DNA of 58,989 nucleotides, the filler included, from Dugesia japonica (Eukaryota): NCBI GenBank assembly GCA_001938525.1. It is 5 parts of 5 records of this genome, joined end to end, with 100 filler letters (N's around TTAATTAATTAA, not from the genome) between each part and the next. Parts side by side here need not be neighbours in the genome. Positions count along the whole stretch, not along the records: positions 47,789 to 58,989 come from MQRL01597940.1; 4 more parts are not named here. One strand, written 5' to 3'. Numbering within the stretch: the stretch's first letter is position 1; each line of letters begins with the position of its first letter. The notes beneath the pieces were generated by a model that saw only the letters and a list, made by a program, of their open reading frames with translations, was not told where the DNA came from and searched no databases. Both the position numbers and the translations under genes were made by a program. Below, one piece after another: positions 50,184 to 58,989 of the stretch.

Positions 50184-50764
50184 TTCTTGCATGCTGAGCC
50201 AATGCCAACATCATACTAACACTTGATAAAAGCGGTTGATTTTCAGTTTCATCATTACTATCACCATATCTCAATGGGGCAGTCACTAAGATCGCTTGCA
50301 TTCTTGCTGCACCTGGTGATCTCAAGATTCCATAGACATTTTGACCATCTAATTGCTACAAATATTAATAATAATAATTTAAATTACATAATATTTACCT
50401 GGAAATTTAAGAACTTATCATATTTAAACGTAAAATTATGAACACCAACATCAAGTTCAATATTTTCCATAGTTTCTTTTAACCATTGTTTAGTTTTTTC
50501 ACTATAATTATAATATTTTATAAATGATCGTGAAAATTACTACCTATCCCCATTACGAGAAAGAGTTAAAATTTCATTATAAAAATGATCAATAGCAGAA
50601 CGATTATTAAATTGTTGTTTAATTAATCCTACTAACAATGCATTTTCTGACACATACGTTTTTTGGCTAAATTCAAATTGAGATAGCATAAGAAACCAAA
50701 TAACACCAATAAGAAATGATAACAACGAAAATGAACGATTAGTTACAATGTTTATCAATTTCAT
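50184..50764 (-). CDS. GPAA1: GPI transamidase subunit GPAA1/Gaa1, exons 1-3 (50764-50544, 50501-50399, 50355-50184)
   Basis: N-terminal TM, TYVSENALLVGL, GQNVYGILRSPGAA, MLALAQH; GT-AG introns of 42 and 43 nt keep the frame. Confidence 0.9.
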
Positions 50765-51499
50765 TAGGATAAAATTTTATTTTTTATTTAAATAATAGAT
50801 TACTTAGACTAAAGATAAATTTAACAATAACTAATTATAAAATTATTCAAAAAATTTAATTTAAAGATTTAATAAATTAGAATTAAAATCTTTTAAATGA
50901 AATAGAAAAACAAAATTGAAATAAACTTTGAAATATCCTAAATTAATAAATAATAACTTTTAGAAATTTTAATTTTTATATGTAAAATTTTTACATTAAC
51001 AAAGTATCGTTTTAATAAAGTTGTACTATCATAAATAAACTTCTTAGTTTAAGCTTTTAATCCAACAAACTAATAAATCGAAATGTCTATATACTATTCC
51101 ATCATGTGCAAAAAATGCATTCGGAAGTTTATTTCTCTGAAAATATTTGATATTTTAAAAAAATGTACATTGCAATTAACTCAAAACCTATGAAAATATG
51201 TATATAACATAGTAGAATAACTGAGATTTACACCAATAAAACTTATATTTCTTAATATTAACCTGTACAAATTAACTTTGAAAATTATTTGTGAAAATAT
51301 AATTATAAAAGTTAAATAACAATAATGCTACTATAAAATATAAAATTGATTTTTAGAATTTAAAATATGCATTGTCAAAAATATTGAATATTGTTAAGAA
51401 AGTGTCAACATGGATCAATAATAATCGATATTGTCAAATAACTTTTGACTATATCTGAAATTTATTTATTTTTCTTGATCGACTGTTATTTTTCGAATT

Positions 51500-54400
51500 G
51501 ACTGAATCTTTGTTGTCTTGGTTGATCACGTATGTTGTTTTTATTACTAATTCGTCTACCCAATGCCTGTAATTAGTTTGTAATACTACTTCCTATCTTA
51601 AACCTGTTCAATGTTATGTGGGTGTAATAAGCCTTAGTCGAAGCTTTTGTTATGTATGTTAGGAATTCAGCTCTAGTTATGAAACTTTCTTACTCGTTAA
51701 TCGATTTCTTGTTGTCATGTGGTATTTCTTAAACTTCTAGTTTTTGTGTAACCATTCGATTGGTGTTGATACGAGTAACTAAATTACTTTTCAATTCCAA
51801 ATTTTCCTAGTTTCTATGTCATCACTTGACTTTCAAACACTTTGCTTCTGTCAGACAGAATGGATTTTGGTTTACCAAAACGGTATATCCACTTGTTTAA
51901 AATTATCTTAAAAATCATCTCTTCATCCATTTTTGATACTTCAGATAAGATGACTAGTTTGCAACAACGATCAATAGTCACAGCCATATATTTTTTTCCC
52001 GATTTCCTCTGTTCCATATGAACTATGTCCACTACGATTTGTTCTAAAGAAATTTGGTTTCTTCACTGTAAAACGTTTTCTTTTGTACGACTTTGTACTG
52101 CTTTCCTTTTGGCACACATCTCGCATTTATCAATACATTTATTAATTGTCTCGCGAATCTCTGGACAGAAATAACCATCTTGTACGTATGAAAATAACTT
52201 TTTCCTGTCCTCATGACATAAATCTTCATGAATTTGTTTTATTACTTTATCAACTATGCTTGTCTGAACCGTTAACAAAAACTTATTTCCTCTCTCTTTA
52301 ACTTATAAATCATCCACTATTTTCAATTCGTGCTTAAGTTTATTTCAGTAGCTTCCTTGTTCACTAATTTTAGTTTCTAAACCTTCTTCTTGCAACATTG
52401 TTAAACAGGTTTGATTTTCTGAATCTTCTGTATGAACCTGTCGAATCATTGTAATTATGTTGAATTCTATTGATATGTTTTACTATGGTCTTTTCTAATT
52501 TTGCGTCTATGTGTTTCATGCTATATTGTGAACATAAACTCTCCTTTAGCCTCGACAACCCATCTGTATTGTTGTGCTCTTCGCATTTTATATACTTGAG
52601 TTCAAAATAATACTCTCCTAAACTTGCAATCTACATCTGAAATTGTGGACTGATTAGTTTCTTTGTGTTGTTCAGAAACACCAACGCTTTTTGGTCGGTT
52701 CTAACAAGAAATCTCTTTCTAAACCAATATTGTTTGAAGTGTTTTACAAATTCGTGTAAAGCTAATAATTCTTCCCTTGTCACTAAATATTCTTTGTCAT
52801 GAGCTGTCAAATGTCAGGATCCATACGCTATTACCACTTCCTTTTCTAAGGACTGTACCCATAGCCAAAAAACTAGCGTTAATGTCTAAAATAAACTTCT
52901 GATCTTCCCTGGGATATTCCAATACTGGAGCACTTCATAACTTTTCTTTTAACGCATTGAAACTGTTCTTGCATGCGCTGTCTAAACTAACTGTTTGTTG
53001 CAACCTAAAGTTGCTTCATATAAAGGACCTGCTATTTTTGCTTAATCTTTTATTAAACGCCTATAGTAGTTTGTTAATCCGAGAAACGAAACGGAGTCTT
53101 GAAGAACATTCTGAATTCTGGAACTTTAGCATTCTTAATCTCTTGAATCTTAACTTCATTAGTGCGTATACCAGTTGTGCTAACTGTACATCCCAAGAAC
53201 AACACTTCTTTCTGATAAAACTTACATTTTTCCGGGTTTATTTTTAACCTTGAGTCTCTGATTCTGTAAAAGACTATCTCTAACATTTTGTCGTAACTCT
53301 CTAAGGTTTTTCCGTACATCAGAGTATCGTCCCGATATACAATAATTCCTTTGAAAATTAATACCTCCAATAACTCGTGTATTATTTTTGAAAAGTGGCT
53401 GGTGCCGTAGCTAATCCAAAAAGCATNCGGTTAAATCTGAATTGACTTTCCTTTGTGTTAAAAGCAGTGACATCCATAGACTTTTCCGCTAACTTCACTT
53501 GGTAATAAACTTGGCCCAGATTAATCGATGAAAATAATTTTGAGCTAGATAAATAATCTAATAATAACGGAATGTCTGGCATTGGAAAAGAGACTTTTCT
53601 GTCTTCAAATTAACTTGTTTGTAATCCACGCATATTCTTATCGAACCGTTCTTTTTTTACCTACAATCACTAATGGAGAATTCCAAGGAATATTACACTT
53701 GCTGATCCCACCAATCTTTGCTAATTCTTTAATAATATCTTCAATTTTCTTTTCTTGGTGCATTGGCTGTCTTCTATGGTGTTGTACTATTTGATCTCCT
53801 TTATTTTTTATTTCATGTATTACTTTTCTTGTATGCCCAATATCGAACTTTGAAGCCATGATTATCTCACCAAAATTCTGGATCAACTGAATCATTATTA
53901 TTTTATCTATTCCTTTAAACAAATTTAGAGCGTTACTTTTTCCTATTTTCATCAGAATGTGCTATCTTCAAACTCTCATTTTTTATATTATTTGTTTCTG
54001 TCAATTTCACTCCAAAACTTTGCATTGTATCAATACCGCTTATTAATTTGGGATGGATCTGTCTAACTTGGATGACTTTAATTTTCCTGACTTTCTTGTT
54101 CCACCGCATACTTAATTCTGCTGTACCCTACGGTTTTTCTCCTCTCTTATTAAATGCTCCATTTNATCTAATTTTGCATATCGACAACAATGGTTTTCCA
54201 ATTTTAATCCAACAGTTTTAACTTATGACTGTCGCCGAAGCTTCTGAATCCCAGAACATCTTTAACTTTAATACATAAACATATAACCTAGTCTACTCTC
54301 GTCCATCTTCTTTTTCAAATAACTCTCCTCTTTTATCATCATTTCGATTTATTTTGTCTTTTTCTATCCTGATTCCATGGACGAAATGTAAGCAATTGAG

Positions 54401-55191
54401 TCATTCCGGCTTTTCCCATTACTACATCATGATCTGTCATCTCTCATCGTCTTCTTTTGAATCGTCGATTCCTTTTGAATACACAAAACTTTAGTGTTCA
54501 TTTTACTAGATTAACCCTGTAAAATCAAACAAGATCTAAAATTATATTTAGTCTTGCCGCAAATTAAACATTTGCTTTTAATGAGCATTTGTATCATTTA
54601 TGCTCATGTTCTCTACAGTAATAACATTGTCCTTCTTGTAGTTTATCTTAACAAGGTTCTGGAAACCCGCTCTGTATATTAAAATAACTTCTTCAGTCTC
54701 TTCTTTTGTCATTACTAATTCTAAAAACAGCTCTGAAAACGATTTTTTAAAATCATAAATGTGTCTATGACCAATCGTTTGTCTTCATCAGTTGTGATCT
54801 CAATCTTTTAAAAACCTTTCCAACGAATTCCTGCTTCATCTGACAATAGTAGATCAAAGATCCCCAACAAATTGAAATCGGTAACGACAGTCATCTTCTC
54901 GATATCCTTAAACCATTTTGAAGCTTCTTCTGCACCTTTCCATCATATTTTCTGACGTTAAAATTTATTAATTCTTGCGCTTTTTTTGGTAACGCATTTC
55001 AAATTGCTTTAAGTTGATGCTGTTGCCTTGTCACCGCATTTACAGTTCTTGCGTGGTTGCCAGTTACAATCACTTTGTTTTATATAATATTTCAATAACA
55101 ACTAAGTGATTAGAATATTTATTAAATTTAAATTATAAAGTTAATTCGTATTATTCAAACAACGTTATTTCGAATTTTCATAACTGTAACT
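51500..55191 (-). mobile_element. Ty3/Gypsy element, decayed, with 130-bp 5' LTR and PBS
   Basis: LTR 55062-55191 AGTTACA...TGTAACT, PBS TGGCAACCACGC; PWNSP; MLFGLATAPATFQ; YRDD; RTDQKAL; HEDLCH..CEMC; ILSDRSKVF. Confidence 0.92.
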
Positions 55192-55505
55192 TTCTCCATA
55201 TTTTATTAACATTCATTGTAATAATTTTCAATAAATGCCAGCTAAAATATTTGCTTTTTAATGAAGGATCCGTATGTCTACTTCCTAACATGGTGGTAGC
55301 GGGTAGCACGGATTCCATAACGGAACGTTTGATTTCCGAAATATTTAGCAAATAAGATAACATGAAGAGGTGTATTCGGAAGTGCGATATGTACTTTGAG
55401 ATTAATTAACGAGAACAACAAAGGTTAGTCATATGTCTGATCAATGAACAGTTACTAAGAAAATGTGGGGAAACTTTCAGGAAAACAGAAGATTTTCAAG
55501 GGATA

Positions 55506-55890
55506 TTGCTAAAGGTTTTTAAAGAGACAAAACGTCATCTTAGCACACGCGTTAGTGAGCATATGCAATTGAGCAGGAAAAGTTCGGTTTTAGATCAAGC
55601 CTGTTGCTGCAAAAATAGGAAAGACAAATTAAGCATTGATGAGTTTACAGTTTTGAACAGCGGTTTTGGTAACTATTTTGAAAGAATTGTGTGTGAGGCT
55701 TTGAGAATTGGGTTGCATAATCCGATTCTTAATACTCAAATTGACACACATTCACTTTTAAATTTATTTTATTGGATTGATTACGTATTAGGTTTCATTG
55801 GCCAGTATATAAAAAATTTCCTTCTTATATTACCGTAGTGAATGATGATGGACATAGATTTGTCCGAAACAAGTCTTGCGAATAAATGTT
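55506..55890 (+). mobile_element. Penelope-like element 3' fragment (GIY-YIG C-terminal half and pLTR)
   Basis: ETKRHLSTRVSEH..S.V..F.VL..R.VCEALRI..HNPILNTQ; hammerhead core and AATAAA downstream. Confidence 0.85.
55834..55880 (+). ncRNA. Degenerate minimal hammerhead ribozyme
   Basis: aTGATGA-t-GGACA-tagatt-TGTCC-GAAAC-aa-GTC; first core C replaced by A. Confidence 0.65.
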
Positions 55891-56049
55891 TTAAAAAATT
55901 GCGTTTTTTCATTTTATTTAGATCAAAGTAATTTGTTCAATATGTTTTTGAATATATATAAGTTGGAATATTTTCTGGGAAACCATTTCAGAATCAAAGA
56001 TTTCGCCAAAGAAAAATTAACGGCTTAACTATTGGTACAATGTACCGAG

Positions 56050-56430
56050 AAAAAAAGAGTTAAACAAGTACTTTTGAGTAAAATGCAAAAGGTTTGAAGA
56101 AATGAAAAAGACCTTGAAACTTTTGGATAACTTAAGGAATAATAAGGAGTCTGAAAATGTCATGAGCTTCGCAGAAGTAATTAAAGAAAAGAAAGGAGGC
56201 AGACGATCTCAGGAGACAACCAGAAAATTTAGATTACGAAATAAGACGAAGAGAAAGACAGAATTATGGAAGAGATCTACGAGATAATACTAGTGTAAAA
56301 TGACTGTATTGTGTTGGAACTGTAATAAAGATCGTCACATAAAATGGGAATGTCCACTTCAATTAAAACTCAGGTGTTTGACTTGTGAACAAGTATATTA
56401 CACTAGCTGGAAATGTCCGGAGAAACGACT
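56050..56430 (+). pseudogene. Gag fragment with two zinc knuckles
   Basis: CWNCNKDRHIKWECP and CLTCEQVYYTSWKCP. Confidence 0.75.
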
Positions 56431-56599
56431 TTTCATTGAAAAAATTAATAGAAGCTATACAATAAAATGAGTTCAATATTTGTTTAGTGAAAATCAAGCA
56501 AAAGAAACACATGATTAAATATCACACCTTTTAAGAAATAAGAGTAATTTAGAAAATAAGACGCAAATATTTTCAATAAGTAAAATAAAAATTACTCTT

Positions 56600-56960
56600 G
56601 AAAATTTGTGATTTGAGTAGAGAAACATAATTATAATTAACTATAAAAATCAAACACCAAATGTAGTTTTATTAGGATTTATAAATACGAATGAATGAAT
56701 AAAAGGTTTTAAGTTTTTTTAAAATAAAATTTCTGAAAATGTTTTTGCGAAAAAGACGGTGTCAAAATTTATAGCCATTAACTTTTCATAGCATTACATT
56801 ATTTATATTCCAACAAAACATCTAAAAATAAGTTTATCAAAATAATAAATTTCTTTGTACGATCAATATAATTAAGATATTGATTGGTTTTCATTTAATC
56901 ATATCATAATAATAATTTATTCTAACTATGAAATGGTTAATTTTCAAAAATATTATATTA
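56600..56960 (+). repeat. Dispersed repeat copy 1
   Basis: aatttgtgatttgagtagagaaa and tctttgtacgatcaata...tttcaaaaatatta shared with 58120-58465. Confidence 0.8.
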
Positions 56961-57422
56961 TGCTTATTTGGATTTATTAAAGCTGAATTTCAGAAATCGA
57001 GTTTAGATTGATTATTTTATTGATAGTGATTTATAAGTAACAGTAATTTCACCGAACTGTTTAATTATAAAGACGAACAGAGTATGAATAAACGATGCTA
57101 ATGGCAATTGTTGTTTTTTAAAAAAAGAATTAAAATTTTCTTTATCATTATAATATGGAATAATTATTTATTATATTTTATTAAATTTAGATATTCCACA
57201 ATTTTTGCAATTTTCATTGTGTAATATTAATAACAAGACCATTCTGATCAGAAATTTGCTATATAAATAATTATATATGATCATAAATAATAAAGACCAA
57301 AGTAGTTTCACTACAAAAAAACTAGTAAATATTAAAATTCATGATATGTCAAAAACAGATATTTACAAAGAAAAAAAACTACACAGCCATAAGATATCAA
57401 AAATGAGTGATATATCAAAATA

Positions 57423-57917
57423 TTATGTAGGAGTCACTGTAAAAATTGCAAGAAATGATGAAAATATCATCAAAATAATTCCAATTGAAATCGATGATCC
57501 ACTGTTACAACCTTGTTTATTGTTGCAGTGGCAATATCTCACTTTTACACGAAGAGTTCCCATTCGATCTGTGCACCAACGACCTTCTTCTGCACCGATA
57601 TAACCAGTAACTGCACAATCTCTGTAATATCTTCGTTCCCAAACTCCATCATAATATAGTTCTTGGATAATTTTTCTGCACATGGAATAATTTTTACCGT
57701 CATTTGGACATCTTTCTAAAATCACTGTCTGATTGTCAAAAAAATCAGAACAATGTGGTTGCGTTAATGAATTACATTGATAACATTCAAGTTCTCTGCC
57801 GAATTCTAAGAAAAATTTCAAGTTATTAAAATTAAAATTTAATTTATTACGCTGAAATGCATTAATTGCAAATATTATAAACCCCGCCAATAAAATTACG
57901 AATAAAAGTTTTTTCAT
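57423..57917 (-). CDS. GPI-anchored Ly6/uPAR three-finger protein (quiver/sleepless/crooked-like); 45-nt intron 57806-57850
   Basis: Signal peptide, LECYQCNS..C..C..CRK..RDC..C..YCHC..GCN, hydrophobic C-terminal tail. Confidence 0.92.
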   Translation of the reverse strand: MKKLLFVILLAGFIIFAINAFQRNKLNFNFNNLKFFLEFGRELECYQCNSLTQPHCSDFFDNQTVILERCPNDGKNYSMCRKIIQELYYDGVWERRYYRDCAVTGYIGAEEGRWCTDRMGTLRVKVRYCHCNNKQGCNSGSSISIGIILMIFSSFLAIFTVTPT

Positions 57918-58119
57918 TGAAATATTAAATTACAATTTCCTATATCTTTAAATATCTAAGCTAACAAATATTCTTTAATTAGTCTATTAAAAGAAATTCA
58001 AAATTAAAAAGTTTCAAAAAAATTGTTTTGATTTAGAAGGAATATTTCCTCTTTATTATCAAAATAATTATTTATTATTTTTAATAAAGAACTTTAAAGA
58101 ATTATTATTGAAATTTAGA

Positions 58120-58465
58120 AGAAATTTGTGATTTGAGTAGAGAAATATAATTATAATAAACTACATAAAACATCTTAAAACCAAACATTCATAAAAACAA
58201 TTGGAGTATGAATTAATTTTGTTAAATTAAGTGTCTGAAATAACGGTAATTATCGCCGTTTCTGCTAAACATACGGTATTAAAAGTTATAGGCCTTTTAC
58301 TAATTTGTACTGCAATAAAACAATTAAATATAAGTTAATCAAGATATCAACTTGTCTTTGTACGATCAATAATAATTTTAAGATATTGGCTGATTTTATT
58401 TAATCCCATAACAGTAATAATTTATTCTCTAATTATGGATTGGTTAAATTTCAAAAATATTACAC
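58120..58465 (+). repeat. Dispersed repeat copy 2
   Basis: Direct-orientation match to 56600-56960. Confidence 0.8.
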
Positions 58466-58924
58466 CCTTTTCAAAAAATTTGCAAAAACTATTTCAAAAT
58501 TGGTACAATATATTCCAAAATTTGTATTAACTATTCCAAAATTAATAGGCAATATTATAAAATTGATAAAAATAAACTATTAAGCACAACTAAACTAAAT
58601 CTGAAAGTGTAAACGGGTTTAAAATTTCAGCAATCTATAATTTATTTATAAAAACTCACTGGAATCTAATTTAAAAATTTACTTATCAAACATTATAAAA
58701 TTTCTTATAAACTACATATTTACATGCTTTCTTAAAAATTAACATGAAATATCCTGTATCTTTCCATGTTTGCACTATATAAGTGTTTCCCATTTTTTTC
58801 ATGCCATGCCCTACCTAAGTTTTAAAAATTTTAATATGTCCTCCCATATAACAGAAAATTTTTTAATTGTTCAATAAGTATCTTAAATGATGGATGTCAG
58901 GTAGAAATAATATGGAAGTTATTA

Positions 58925-58989
58925 AACAAACATAATAATTCAATCAAACATAATAATTCAATCAAACATAATAATTCAATCAAACATAA
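58925..58989. repeat. 18-bp tandem repeat
   Basis: aaacataataattcaatc x3.5, runs off the window. Confidence 0.92.

Noticed and set aside
50184-57917. Functional cluster of GPI transamidase and a GPI-anchored Ly6 substrate
   Set aside because: Single instance, separated by TEs; no evidence beyond coincidence

Overview
Very AT-rich eukaryotic (invertebrate-like, introns of about 40 nt) DNA dominated by decayed mobile elements. Four N-run/TTAATTAATTAA/N-run linkers show the window is five concatenated pieces, so adjacency across them means nothing. Recognisable content: two Polinton/adintovirus-like protein-primed PolB pseudogenes (one with an adenain-like protease and small genes), four Ty3/Gypsy remnants, NeSL/R2-type LINE fragments, mariner, hAT, MULE-like, Helitron-like and Penelope (GIY-YIG + hammerhead) fragments, and two host genes (5' part of GPAA1, a GPI-anchored Ly6/sleepless-like gene). 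Two things stand out. (1) A >10 kb Gypsy element with the co-linear order Gag zinc knuckle - two ubiquitin-like domains - chuvirus-like glycoprotein - protease - RT - RNase H - integrase - membrane protein - ISG20/REX4-like exonuclease lacking its catalytic residues. (2) A recurrent, unclassified 'family X' of multigene cassettes (four long copies plus an extra terminus) encoding small orphan proteins, with TGTTGGG termini, conserved terminal hairpins and a conserved inverted-repeat/hairpin control region. All assignments come from manual translation and motif recognition; no database searches were run.
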